DNA of 38,891 nucleotides from a virus (lineage: Duplodnaviria; Caudoviricetes): IMG/VR virus record IMGVR_UViG_3300020045_001776, positions 1-38,891 of that record; one strand, 5' to 3'. Below are positions 1 to 8,901 of this stretch, piece after piece. The notes beneath the pieces are model-generated. The model was not told the origin of the DNA. It worked only from the letters and a program-made list of their open reading frames with translations, and made no database searches. The position numbers and the translations under genes are program-made. Position 1 is the first letter of the stretch; the number at the start of each line of letters is the position of its first letter.

Positions 1-204
1 TTGGGGGGTTTTATGAGTTTGCCATTTGACGTAGCCCTATGTATAGGTCACATATATGACAGCTTATACAACCGGCCTTGTTTTGATTGCCAGCGAAGGA
101 CTGAAGCAATTTACAGTGAGCGATGGACTTGGATGACTGAGCCGCCACAATTTATCAACGGCGTATGCGCTTATCGCATTGCGCCTGAAGGAGAAAAGAA
201 ATGA
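1..204 (+). CDS. small Cys-containing hypothetical phage protein (start uncertain, at window edge)
   Basis: ORF stop overlaps next ATG (ATGA) and its 3' end holds the AAGGAG RBS of the next gene. Confidence 0.55.
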   Translation: MGGFMSLPFDVALCIGHIYDSLYNRPCFDCQRRTEAIYSERWTWMTEPPQFINGVCAYRIAPEGEKK

Positions 205-929
205 AGATGGCAAAAGCATCAACCGCCGACATTGAAATGGCGCTTGAACTATCGCGGTTTGTTGAAGACTTGGTGGACGGCATGTGCCCTAAGCAGGCTT
301 GCAAAGACCCGGAGTCTGATGATATTGAATGGCTTGAAGACGACCCAGACGAGCAGCACATCAGGATCATTTCTGCCTTGCAGGGCATTGCGCGCAAAGG
401 CTCAATTTTCCGCGTGACTTTTGGCATGTCAGTGCTGGTAGACCCAAGAAATGAATTGATCGACCCTGCAGTCGACACGCTTGAGCCTCACCCAAAGATT
501 GAAAGACTCGCAGAGCAAATCGAGGCACTGACAAAAGAGCGTGACGCCTACGAAAAATGCGCCGACACCATGGCCGCCGCGCACAAGGTAGAGCGTGATG
601 GTCTTTTGGCGTTGCACACTGAGCAAATTAACTACACAGTAAAAATTGCGGAAGAGCGTGACGCACTCAAGTCAGAGCTTGCCAGGCCAGAGTCCACGGC
701 AGTAAGCCTTATGCGTGCTGAGAATGTGGCACTCAAAGCAAAAGTCGAAGCGTTTGAATACAGTGTTGATGAACTTACCCATTATCGTGACGCACTCAAA
801 GATGCAACAAAGCTGGCGCTGGATTCCCTTGTAATGATGCACCGTCAAAGCAGTCACGACATGATGTTAACTGGCGATGAAGAACGCAAGTTTGAGAAAG
901 CCATCGCAGCACTGAAGGCGGTGCTATGA
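201..929 (+). CDS. hypothetical phage protein with coiled-coil C-terminal half
   Basis: 242 aa ORF, AAGGAG RBS, repeated ERDA(L) heptad-like segments. Confidence 0.8.
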   Translation: MKMAKASTADIEMALELSRFVEDLVDGMCPKQACKDPESDDIEWLEDDPDEQHIRIISALQGIARKGSIFRVTFGMSVLVDPRNELIDPAVDTLEPHPKIERLAEQIEALTKERDAYEKCADTMAAAHKVERDGLLALHTEQINYTVKIAEERDALKSELARPESTAVSLMRAENVALKAKVEAFEYSVDELTHYRDALKDATKLALDSLVMMHRQSSHDMMLTGDEERKFEKAIAALKAVL

Positions 930-1087
930 GCAATGACTCCATTAAGCCTTGGGCGCGCTGGATGATTAAGCATCGTTTGCGCTGGTTGCTTGTTTTGATT
1001 GCTGTTCTGGCGTTTCCCATCTACTTTTTCAGCTATTTGCCAGAAGCCATTGAGGATTTCAGGCGTGACATAAGGAGTATGAAATGA
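926..1087 (+). CDS. 53-aa single-pass membrane protein (not in ORF track)
   Basis: MSNDSIKPWARWMIKHRLRWLLVLIAVLAFPIYFFSYLPEAIEDFRRDIRSMK; ATGA overlaps at both ends fill the gap exactly. Confidence 0.7.
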   Translation: MSNDSIKPWARWMIKHRLRWLLVLIAVLAFPIYFFSYLPEAIEDFRRDIRSMK

Positions 1088-1290
1088 CCACACCACCACT
1101 GCCAGAACCTTGGCGCGAAGATGCCGACGGGGAGCAGCACTACACGATTGTTCAGGTGATTGAATACGGCCAAGCCTGCCGAGAGGCCGCGCTAAAAGAG
1201 GCTGCACAAGCAGCACTGGATGCCCCACTTAAATCAGCTACTCAACCCGTAAGAGAAGCGTGCGCGAATGCAATCAGGAGACTCAAATGA
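1084..1290 (+). CDS. hypothetical phage protein
   Basis: AAGGAG RBS, ATGA-coupled both sides; PPLPEP...YGQACREA pattern typical of small early phage ORFs. Confidence 0.75.
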   Translation: MTTPPLPEPWREDADGEQHYTIVQVIEYGQACREAALKEAAQAALDAPLKSATQPVREACANAIRRLK

Positions 1291-1691
1291 CACCAGAACA
1301 GAAACTTAAACACGCAATCTTGCTTCGCGCTGTTGAGATGGGAAGCATCCAACTGCAAGATGATCAAGTGACATCCGAAAATGTGGATGACCTTTATAGA
1401 GAAAGCAATGAAAACTGGGAATTGCAAGATGCACGCAACGAAATGCGCAGCGGGCAAGTTGAGACAGGCGTCACTTGCGGTTGGTCGCGCCACTACGAAT
1501 CAAAGGCGGTTGCAGCGCATATGCCAGATGGATCTTGGGTCGGCTGGACTTACTGGTTTGGTGGCGGCAAGCATGGCGAACCAGAGGCCATCGACTGGAT
1601 AGACGAAGCCTACGACCTCATTTGCACCGAGGAAGTAAAGGTCATGACAGTGCGGACATTCACCAAAAACACTGACAAGACTGGAGCTTAA
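1287..1691 (+). CDS. conserved hypothetical phage protein
   Basis: AGGAG RBS and ATG at 1287; SRHYESKAVAA...WVGWTYWFGGGKHGEPEAIDW motif recognised from other phage hypotheticals. Confidence 0.8.
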   Translation: MTPEQKLKHAILLRAVEMGSIQLQDDQVTSENVDDLYRESNENWELQDARNEMRSGQVETGVTCGWSRHYESKAVAAHMPDGSWVGWTYWFGGGKHGEPEAIDWIDEAYDLICTEEVKVMTVRTFTKNTDKTGA

Positions 1692-1695
1692 AGCC

Positions 1696-2088
1696 ATGAC
1701 ACCACTACAAAAAGCAGCCCAAGCGCTTATTGAACGCTGGGACTCGCCCGCATGGAAAGACCAGCCGCACACCGCCGAGTACATCCTGACGCTACGCAAA
1801 GCACTGGACGCCGAGATTGCGCAGGCGGTTGAGCCTGTGGCTAGGGTTGAATCAATCATGGCGAATGGGCGACCATTCATCTCTCGATTACCCGGCGCAA
1901 GACTTAACGAAGGTGATGCACTCTACCTGCACCCACCCCAGCCACAAGCAACGACGTCTATGAGTGATTTCGATATGCGTGGAGTGCTTGCATCAAATTT
2001 ACTTTGCTGGAAACGGCTAACCGAAGCTGAGGCGCAGGACTTGGTTTGCTTTTTCGAGAAAGTCAGAACAGCCCAAGGAGAAAAGTAA
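1696..2088 (+). CDS. hypothetical phage protein (modular early protein)
   Basis: GGAG RBS; AVEPVA...LYLHPPQPQ linker motifs typical of mosaic early proteins. Confidence 0.75.
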   Translation: MTPLQKAAQALIERWDSPAWKDQPHTAEYILTLRKALDAEIAQAVEPVARVESIMANGRPFISRLPGARLNEGDALYLHPPQPQATTSMSDFDMRGVLASNLLCWKRLTEAEAQDLVCFFEKVRTAQGEK

Positions 2089-2246
2089 TGCTTGCAAAGT
2101 GGACTGAAATATTACCCTTATTTGTAATCCGTTGGCTTGCACTGAATGGCTGCGAGCGCGTTATTGCATTTAGAGAAGGAAACGACAGGGTTTTTGCAGT
2201 AGCGAGGCCAGACGTACTGATAAGAGTTAAAGCCCAAGGAGAAAAG
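2070..2246 (+). repeat. 16-bp direct repeat AGCCCAAGGAGAAAAG (2070-2085, 2231-2246) flanking the 54-aa ORF
   Basis: Exact match read from sequence; the AAGGAGAAAAG core also at 188-198. Confidence 0.85.
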
Positions 2247-2252
2247 CCATGA
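2088..2252 (+). CDS. 54-aa hypothetical protein
   Basis: AAGGAG RBS, TAATG coupling at 2086-2090, ATGA overlap with next gene. Confidence 0.65.
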   Translation: MLAKWTEILPLFVIRWLALNGCERVIAFREGNDRVFAVARPDVLIRVKAQGEKP

Positions 2253-2803
2253 CCCGCGCACTTATAACTAAGTTAGTTGATGCTTTGGAAGATTCATGGA
2301 ATCCAACTCTCGGCACTGCAGAGCGCGAAGAAGGGGCCAATGAAGCAATCACAGCAGCCCGCGAGTATCTGGCGACTGAGCCAAGGGGTGAGCGGGCGGC
2401 GTTGATTGCAAAGCTGCGCACGGGTTGGACTGTTATGGAAGAAAGTGAATTTGAGAGGCTTGATGACTTATGCAGGAAAGCCGCCGACATGCTGGAAGCT
2501 AACGCGCAGCAAGCAACACCCGACATAAAAGCCCTCCAATCCAATGGTAAAGGCCCAGCACCATGTGCAAGGTTTTGCGAAGCAAACGCATTTCAAATCG
2601 AGATTCGGCGGCTGACGGCAGAGATTAACGCGCAGCAAGCCAAGCGGGTGCCGATGACTGAGAAACAGATTGACAAAATATACGCCGACACAGCGCGTCT
2701 AGCGCAGATACGCACTACATTTTTTGTCGCATTCGCCAGAGCCATAGAAGCCCACCGCGGCATCACGCCAGCAGACAAGCCAACCGATTGGAGCGCAGCA
2801 TGA
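2249..2803 (+). CDS. hypothetical phage protein (modular)
   Basis: 184 aa ORF, RBS; AADMLEA and FARAIEAHRGI motifs; internal 15-bp direct repeat. Confidence 0.75.
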   Translation: MTRALITKLVDALEDSWNPTLGTAEREEGANEAITAAREYLATEPRGERAALIAKLRTGWTVMEESEFERLDDLCRKAADMLEANAQQATPDIKALQSNGKGPAPCARFCEANAFQIEIRRLTAEINAQQAKRVPMTEKQIDKIYADTARLAQIRTTFFVAFARAIEAHRGITPADKPTDWSAA

Positions 2804-3120
2804 AAGACCTAGAAATAAGCAAATCACTTGCACTGGCTATTGGATGGACAGAGTCCGATATTGATATATCAGGCAGCGCAGTTGTCGTCTGCTACGAAGT
2901 CGCCACACTTACACGGCCCGCGACATGGCGCATTTTTGACTACCGTAACCCCGCCGTAATTTGGCCAATAGCAGAGCGGTATGACTGTTTTCCAGTGAAG
3001 CCATATGGCGAATTAAGCTATCCAAAATGGCTTTCTGTCGTAGATGGCAGTGCAGGTTACACAGACACCGCAGCAAAAGCCGTGGCCCTCGCCGTGATTG
3101 GAATCCATGCGACCAAGTAG
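2800..3120 (+). CDS. NinX/DUF2591-like protein
   Basis: ISKSLALAIGW...FDYRNPAVIWPIAERY...AVALAVI resembles NinX family; ATGA coupling at 2800. Confidence 0.55.
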   Translation: MKDLEISKSLALAIGWTESDIDISGSAVVVCYEVATLTRPATWRIFDYRNPAVIWPIAERYDCFPVKPYGELSYPKWLSVVDGSAGYTDTAAKAVALAVIGIHATK

Positions 3121-3304
3121 CCCATGCATCGCAATTTGCAGCACCAGCCAGGGTGATGACACATGCAAAGGCTGCGGGCGCACGTTCCAAGAGGTGTGTC
3201 TGTGGCTTGAAATGAACGACGAACAGCGCGAAGCCGTTTGGCAGCGCATCGAGGCCGAGCGTACAGCGTGGAGATACACAAAATACAAAGAAAGGGCGAA
3301 ATAA
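3107..3304 (+). CDS. DUF1289 family Cys-rich protein
   Basis: SPCIAICS...CKGCGRTFQEVCLW...EQREAVWQRI is the DUF1289 signature. Confidence 0.8.
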   Translation: MRPSSPCIAICSTSQGDDTCKGCGRTFQEVCLWLEMNDEQREAVWQRIEAERTAWRYTKYKERAK

Positions 3305-3323
3305 TTTAAAAACATCAAATTAT

Positions 3324-3334
3324 TGCGCTACACT
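3324..3334 (+). promoter_or_regulatory. putative early promoter -10 (TGCGCTACACT)
   Basis: Intergenic; same TGnGCTACAnT motif recurs at 5384, 10485, 11736, 12404 upstream of + strand genes. Confidence 0.55.
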
Positions 3335-3396
3335 ATCAACACACCGAAGCCGGAATAGGCCGAAATCGGTTATCAACGTAAAAGGAATTTTCATCA

Positions 3397-4140
3397 ATGG
3401 CTATCAATCTTGGTTCAATCAAGAAGGGTAAGAACCTTCGCCCGCCGCGTATTTTTCTTTACAGTACGCATGGTATTGGTAAAAGCACATTCGCAAGCCA
3501 AGCCCCTAATCCAATTTTTATCTGCGCTGAAGACGGACTAGACGCATTGGACGTGGCACATTTTCCAATCGCAACTAGCAGTGCGGACGTTATGGAAATG
3601 CTGCAAACGCTTTATGTAGAAGAACACGATTACCAGACCGTCGTGCTAGATACCGCTGACTGGTTAGAGAATGTTTTGCTTCAAGAAATTGAAGCCAGCC
3701 ACGACGCAAAGGAGCTAGCCTACGGACGTAGCGCTATGTTCTTGGCTGACAAATGGCGCGAGATTTTGGACGGGTTTAATGCCCTTCGGAACGACAAAAA
3801 CATGACTGTCATTCTTATCGGTCACTCAGAGATCAAACGGTTTGACAGCCCAGAGGTTGACAGCTACGACCGTTATCAGCCAAAGCTAGCCACACGATCT
3901 AGCGCACTGGTGCAAGAGTGGGCCGACTGCGTACTATTCGCCAACTATAAAACAGTGGTCAAAAAAGAGGATTTGGGATTCAACAAGGAGCGCGGACGGG
4001 CTATCTCAAATGGTGAGCGCCTGATTTACACGCAAGAAAAGCCAGCATACTTGGCTAAAAACCGATACAGCTTGCCAGATAGCTGCAAGCTTGAATGGTC
4101 AGCTTTTAGTGATGCAATGGCGAAGGCGGTGAGCGTATGA
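3397..4140 (+). CDS. AAA_24 / Sak4-like ATPase (phage recombination protein)
   Basis: Walker A variant YSTHGIGKST, Walker B TVVLDTADWLE, VILIGHS, EWADCVLFA, AKNRY. Confidence 0.85.
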   Translation: MAINLGSIKKGKNLRPPRIFLYSTHGIGKSTFASQAPNPIFICAEDGLDALDVAHFPIATSSADVMEMLQTLYVEEHDYQTVVLDTADWLENVLLQEIEASHDAKELAYGRSAMFLADKWREILDGFNALRNDKNMTVILIGHSEIKRFDSPEVDSYDRYQPKLATRSSALVQEWADCVLFANYKTVVKKEDLGFNKERGRAISNGERLIYTQEKPAYLAKNRYSLPDSCKLEWSAFSDAMAKAVSV

Positions 4141-4283
4141 CAAAACAACAACTAATCGAGCTAATCAAGCTACTTAGTGCGCTTGAGTCATGGAGCTTTG
4201 CAGATAAGCATCGTCTACCTGATTACTTGCTTGACAAACTTGATTTGCAAATTGAAATTTTAACTCTTGAGATTTTGAAATGA
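4137..4283 (+). CDS. 48-aa hypothetical protein (not in ORF track)
   Basis: MTKQQLIELIKLLSALESWSFADKHRLPDYLLDKLDLQIEILTLEILK; ATGA overlaps at both ends. Confidence 0.7.
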   Translation: MTKQQLIELIKLLSALESWSFADKHRLPDYLLDKLDLQIEILTLEILK

Positions 4284-4480
4284 ACAAGATTGAAACAGGC
4301 GGTCCAGCGTTTCCATGCTGGGAAGGAAATGAGACAGAAGGTATGACGCTGCGCGATTACTTTGCAGCGAAGGCGATGCAGGCTTACTTTGCCAGAGAAA
4401 ATGAAGGCGAATGGTCAATGCAGGAATCAGCTGCAGAATCCTACCGGATGGCCGAAGCCATGATAAAGGCCCGCAAATGA
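4280..4480 (+). CDS. conserved small phage protein (GGPAFP / GMTLRDYFAAKAMQ family)
   Basis: Widespread phage motif GGPAFP...GMTLRDYFAAKAMQA...YRMAEAMIKAR. Confidence 0.85.
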   Translation: MNKIETGGPAFPCWEGNETEGMTLRDYFAAKAMQAYFARENEGEWSMQESAAESYRMAEAMIKARK

Positions 4481-4869
4481 AAACCTTAGAACAACTCGCA
4501 TCCGATTGGCTATCAGCCAAAGAGACTGAAAACGACGCTGTAGCTGACCGCCGATCCATTGAAGATCAAATGGCTATCATGCTAAAAGTTGACCACACGA
4601 AAGACAGTTCAAAGTCTCACCACGTTGGTTACTTTGAATGCAAAGTGACGACACGGCTAACCCGTAAAATTGACTCTGAACTGGTACAAGAGATCGCACA
4701 AGAGTATCAGTTACAAGATCAACTGAGTATTTTGTTTCGCTGGAAGCCTGACTTAAATTTGAACGCATGGAAGTCAGCTCCAGACGAATATAAAAACGTG
4801 CTTATCAAAGCAATTACCACCACGGCTTCACGGCCATCATTTTCTATTTCTCTTAAATCAAAGGACTAA
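4477..4869 (+). CDS. conserved hypothetical protein of Sak4-SSB modules
   Basis: ATGA coupling at 4477; WLSAKETE...RRSIEDQ...LFRWKPDLNLNAWK...RPSFSI; position between ATPase and SSB. Confidence 0.75.
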   Translation: MKTLEQLASDWLSAKETENDAVADRRSIEDQMAIMLKVDHTKDSSKSHHVGYFECKVTTRLTRKIDSELVQEIAQEYQLQDQLSILFRWKPDLNLNAWKSAPDEYKNVLIKAITTTASRPSFSISLKSKD

Positions 4870-4872
4870 CAC

Positions 4873-5379
4873 ATGGCACGCCTAGACGAAACATTTAACA
4901 CAAACGACCTACCAGAAGACGCGGGCGGAGGTGACTTTACGCCATTGCCAGCGGGTGACTACAACGTGACGATTCACGACGCTGAAATCAAGCAAACAAA
5001 GTCAGGCACCGGACAGTACATCAATCTCAAGTTACACGTTGACGGGCCAACGCACACCGGACGGTTTCTATTTGGTGCTTTGAATATCAAGAATGATTCA
5101 GCCCAGGCCGAGCAGATTGGGCGTGGTCAACTTGGTTCTATCCTTCGGGCTATCGGCATTGAATCGCTGGAGGACACGGATCAGCTTTTAGGCGGCACAT
5201 TGTCTGCCAAGGTAGTGATTAAACCAGCATCAGGTCAGTACAAAGAAGGCAACGAGATCAAAGGATACAAAGCCCTAGGTGACGCGCCACAATCAGCACC
5301 AGCACCACGCGCCGCCGCACCAGCTAAACCAGCACCAGCCGCCCCCGCAAAAGCTGCACCGCCTTGGGCTAAACGCTAA
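4873..5379 (+). CDS. DUF669 family ssDNA-binding protein
   Basis: FTPLPAGDY...KQTKSGTGQYINL...NEIKGYK, Pro/Ala-rich tail ending PPWAKR. Confidence 0.8.
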   Translation: MARLDETFNTNDLPEDAGGGDFTPLPAGDYNVTIHDAEIKQTKSGTGQYINLKLHVDGPTHTGRFLFGALNIKNDSAQAEQIGRGQLGSILRAIGIESLEDTDQLLGGTLSAKVVIKPASGQYKEGNEIKGYKALGDAPQSAPAPRAAAPAKPAPAAPAKAAPPWAKR

Positions 5380-5395
5380 TATTTGAGCTACAATT

Positions 5396-5418
5396 AAACC
5401 CCGGTAACACGGGGTTTT
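5396..5418 (+). terminator. intrinsic terminator-like hairpin
   Basis: AAACCCCG-GTAACA-CGGGGTTTT after SSB stop. Confidence 0.65.
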
Positions 5419-5441
5419 CAATCAACAATTTAGGGGTGAAA

Positions 5442-6809
5442 ATGAATTATGACGAGTTCATAAAGACAAAGACACACAGCACAAACAGCTATGGATTTGA
5501 GCCTGTTTGGATGCCTGATAGTGCGTTTGATTTTCAGGAGCACATCATCACAAAGGCGCTGCGCAAAGGCCGCATTGGCGTGTTTGCAGATACCGGACTT
5601 GGTAAGACTTTGATTCAGGTTTCAATCGCTGAGAACATCATTCGCAAGACTAACAAGCGCGTTTTGATTCTCACGCCGTTGGCCGTGGCTTTTCAGTTTA
5701 TCAATGAAGCTAACCGCATTGGTGTTTACGACATTGAACACAGCAAAGACGGTACATTTACAAAGAAAATCGTAGTCTGCAACTACGAGCGTTTGCACCT
5801 GCTAAATCCTGATGACTTTGAATGCGTCATGCTTGACGAATCAAGTATTCTAAAAAACTTCGCAGGTAAGACTCGTGACGCTATCGTGGCATTTATCAAG
5901 CGCGTACCGTATCGGTTTTTGGCAACAGCAACGCCTAGCCCCAATGACTTTATTGAGCTTGGCAACAGCTCTGAGGCTTTGGGTTACATGGGTTACATGG
6001 ACATGCTAAGTCGATTTTTTAAAAGCACTCAGAATGATGTTGACAGTAATAATCGCAACATCGGTAACAAGTTTAGATTATTGGGTCACGCTGAAAAAGA
6101 CTTTTTTGCATGGGTAAACCAGTGGTCAGTCATGGTAAAAAAACCGTCTGACCTTGGTTTTAGTGATGAGCGATATAAGTTACCCGCTTTGCACGTGAAT
6201 AAACACATTGCAGAAAATCACAAGCAATGGTGCATTGAAGGTCAAAACTCACTGTTTGTCATGCCAGCACGAACGATGACAGAAGTAAAAGAAGAACAAA
6301 AAACAACTGTTAAAGAACGATGCGAGAAAGCTGTGCAACTTGCACATGGTAAAACTTCGGTTTACTGGTGTAACCTAAACGACGAAAGCGAACTGCTTTC
6401 AGAATTAGACCGTGACGCAGTTGAGATTATTGGCGGCATGTCAATCGACAAAAAAGAGGATATTTTACAGTCTTTTGCTAATGGAGAAATTAAGCGACTG
6501 GTGACAAAGGCTAGGATGACTTCAATGGGTTTGAATTGGCAGCATTGCAATCACACCGTATTTTTTCCAACGTGGAGTTATGAACAATATTACCAAGCCA
6601 TTAGAAGGTTTTGGCGCTTCGGTCAAAAATCAGAAGTAGTCTGTGACATGGTAATAAGCGAAGGACAAATGAGAGTCATGGAGGCACTTGAGCAAAAGAC
6701 ACAAAAGTCAATTGAGCTATATGAGAACCTTGTTACATCAGCAAATAAGCCAGTAACTTTTAACGTAAAAGAATTCAACAAAACTGTTCAACTACCTGAA
6801 TTTATCTAA
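5442..6809 (+). CDS. SF2 (SNF2-like) helicase/ATPase
   Basis: DTGLGKT, LDESS, ATATPSPND, GLNWQHC, QAIRRFWRFGQ; ATG 5442 after AGGGG (GTG 5436 alternative). Confidence 0.85.
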   Translation: MNYDEFIKTKTHSTNSYGFEPVWMPDSAFDFQEHIITKALRKGRIGVFADTGLGKTLIQVSIAENIIRKTNKRVLILTPLAVAFQFINEANRIGVYDIEHSKDGTFTKKIVVCNYERLHLLNPDDFECVMLDESSILKNFAGKTRDAIVAFIKRVPYRFLATATPSPNDFIELGNSSEALGYMGYMDMLSRFFKSTQNDVDSNNRNIGNKFRLLGHAEKDFFAWVNQWSVMVKKPSDLGFSDERYKLPALHVNKHIAENHKQWCIEGQNSLFVMPARTMTEVKEEQKTTVKERCEKAVQLAHGKTSVYWCNLNDESELLSELDRDAVEIIGGMSIDKKEDILQSFANGEIKRLVTKARMTSMGLNWQHCNHTVFFPTWSYEQYYQAIRRFWRFGQKSEVVCDMVISEGQMRVMEALEQKTQKSIELYENLVTSANKPVTFNVKEFNKTVQLPEFI

Positions 6810-7855
6810 TGAATACAAAAGACCAAATAATCACGCCAGAATATGCAATTTACAACTCTGATTGCATGGAAGTATTGCCGACACTTCCAGATAATTCAAT
6901 TGATCTTTCAATTAATTCTCCGCCATTCGGCGGGCTGTATGCATATTCCAGCAGCCCGCGTGACTTTTCAAATTGCGACACCCGTGAGCAGTTTCTTGAG
7001 CAATATGAGTTTTTGATTGAACAAATGGCACGTGTAACAAAACCTGGCCGAATTAATGCAATTCATTGCACTGATGTTTTTGACCATGCTTGCCGACTTT
7101 GGGATTTACCACATGAGATTATTCGCATTCACACAAAACACGGCTTTACTTATCGCAACAGAATCACAATATGGAAGGAGCCATTGCGCGTAAGAACTAG
7201 GACTATGGTTCAATCTTTGATGCACAAATTTATCATCGAGGATTCAACAAGATGTTTTACAGCAATGCCTGACTACGTGTTGATTTTTACGCGGAATGGT
7301 GAAAACGCTGTGCCAGTGACGCATCCAGAAGGATTCAAACGCTACTACGGCGCAACTCCAATATTGCCGGACATGCTTCGTATTTTTAACAGTACAAATG
7401 AAACAAATTTCAATCAGGAAGAACTTTGGTCATATTTACAAAACAATTTTGCAGATCATACTGATGCGAGAACAAACAAACTAAGTCACTACATTTGGCA
7501 GCGTTATGCATCAAGCGTATGGGATGACATTCGCGTTGACAATGTTTTGCCGTTCCGAGACTCAAAAGAAGAGGATGATGAAAAGCACGTTCACCCGTTA
7601 CAGCTTGACGTTATTGACCGATTGGTAGAGCTATACAGCAACCCAGGAGAAGTCGTATTGACGCCATTTATGGGAGTTGGTAGCGAAGTATTCAGCTCCG
7701 TTTCAATGGGTCGCAAAGCCATTGGAATCGAGCTTAAAGACAGCTATTTCAAGCAGGCAAAAATCAATCTATCACTGGCATCGAAACGGTTTGAAAGCGA
7801 AAATACATTCAAACAAAACGCACTATTTGAAGCCGAACCCGATCTAATGGATTAA
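6809..7855 (+). CDS. DNA N4-cytosine/N6-adenine methyltransferase (beta class)
   Basis: Catalytic SPPF motif near N-terminus, SAM-binding VLTPFMGVGS...IGIELK near C-terminus; TAATG-coupled to helicase. Confidence 0.85.
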   Translation: MNTKDQIITPEYAIYNSDCMEVLPTLPDNSIDLSINSPPFGGLYAYSSSPRDFSNCDTREQFLEQYEFLIEQMARVTKPGRINAIHCTDVFDHACRLWDLPHEIIRIHTKHGFTYRNRITIWKEPLRVRTRTMVQSLMHKFIIEDSTRCFTAMPDYVLIFTRNGENAVPVTHPEGFKRYYGATPILPDMLRIFNSTNETNFNQEELWSYLQNNFADHTDARTNKLSHYIWQRYASSVWDDIRVDNVLPFRDSKEEDDEKHVHPLQLDVIDRLVELYSNPGEVVLTPFMGVGSEVFSSVSMGRKAIGIELKDSYFKQAKINLSLASKRFESENTFKQNALFEAEPDLMD

Positions 7856-7859
7856 ACTT

Positions 7860-7885
7860 AAAACCCGCCTAACCAGCGGGTTTTT
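7860..7885 (+). terminator. intrinsic terminator-like hairpin
   Basis: AAAACCCGC-CTAACCA-GCGGGTTTTT. Confidence 0.7.
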
Positions 7886-7908
7886 CAACTCAACAAAAAA
7901 GGAAACCA

Positions 7909-8901
7909 ATGTCAACTGACATTCAAAGCCTGATTGATTTACACCATGAATCAGTCAGAGAAGGCCCACGCGGTCACATGGGATGCTCACAACTTGGCCA
8001 TGCGTGTGACCGTTTTTTATGGCTCAGTTTTCGCTTCGCCGTAATTGAAAAATTCCCAGGTAGAATCTTGCGCTTGTTTCGACGTGGTCAGTTGGAAGAA
8101 CGCACAGTAGTCGCTGACCTGCAAGCGATTGGAATGAAGATTACTAACACGGGCGCGAATCAGAGCCGCGTAGATTTTGGATGTCACATTGGCGGGTCAA
8201 TTGACGGCATCATCGAATCAGGCGTGCCAGGAAACACAAAAGCAAAGCACATTCTAGAGATCAAAACGGCGTCTGCCAAGTCGTTTAAAGACATGGTGAC
8301 AAAAGGACTTGAAAAGTCAAAGCCCGTCTACTGGGTGCAGGTACACCTTTATATGATGGGCAAAGACGTAGATCATGCGCTTTTCGTCATGGTGAATAAA
8401 GACAATGACGAGATGTATTCTGAAGTCGTAAAGCGTAACGATACAGTAGCTATGAAGTTTTTTGAGCGCGGGAAAAGCATCGTAAAGTCTGACAGAGCGC
8501 CATCTGGTATCAGCACGGATGAGTCGTGGTTTGAGTGCCGTTATTGTGCCGCTCACGACCTATGCCACGGATCCAAGCTAACCAAAGAGGTGAACTGTAG
8601 AACATGCGCTCACTCGACAGCAATGGACGACGGAACATGGCATTGCGCTCATTGGGATATGACAATCCCTGATATAAACGCCCAGCTAGAAGGCTGTGAT
8701 AACCACATTTTGCATCCTGATCTCACACCAGCATGGCAGTTTGAAGCCGCTGAAACCGGCGTCATTTGGATGACTAAATCAGGCCCAATACACAATGCTC
8801 CAGAAGGCTATTTAAGCCGTGAGATTGTGGCTAACTGGCAGGCGTGCGCTAGTGGCGTGCGAGATCAATATGCTGAGTTTGATGCGCGGGTGGTTGGGTA
8901 A
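7909..8901 (+). CDS. Cas4-like PD-(D/E)XK exonuclease
   Basis: GSIDGII...LEIKT, YWVQVHLYM, N-terminal Cys plus CRYC...C cluster. Confidence 0.8.
   Translation: MSTDIQSLIDLHHESVREGPRGHMGCSQLGHACDRFLWLSFRFAVIEKFPGRILRLFRRGQLEERTVVADLQAIGMKITNTGANQSRVDFGCHIGGSIDGIIESGVPGNTKAKHILEIKTASAKSFKDMVTKGLEKSKPVYWVQVHLYMMGKDVDHALFVMVNKDNDEMYSEVVKRNDTVAMKFFERGKSIVKSDRAPSGISTDESWFECRYCAAHDLCHGSKLTKEVNCRTCAHSTAMDDGTWHCAHWDMTIPDINAQLEGCDNHILHPDLTPAWQFEAAETGVIWMTKSGPIHNAPEGYLSREIVANWQACASGVRDQYAEFDARVVG

Noticed and set aside
534-800. Repeated (GAG)CGTGACGC segments
   Set aside because: Explained by ERDA(L) coiled-coil codons
3343-3370. Hairpin ACCGA..GCC-GGAATA-GGC..TCGGT in the ATPase leader as a riboswitch
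   Set aside because: Short and weak, with no recognisable aptamer consensus
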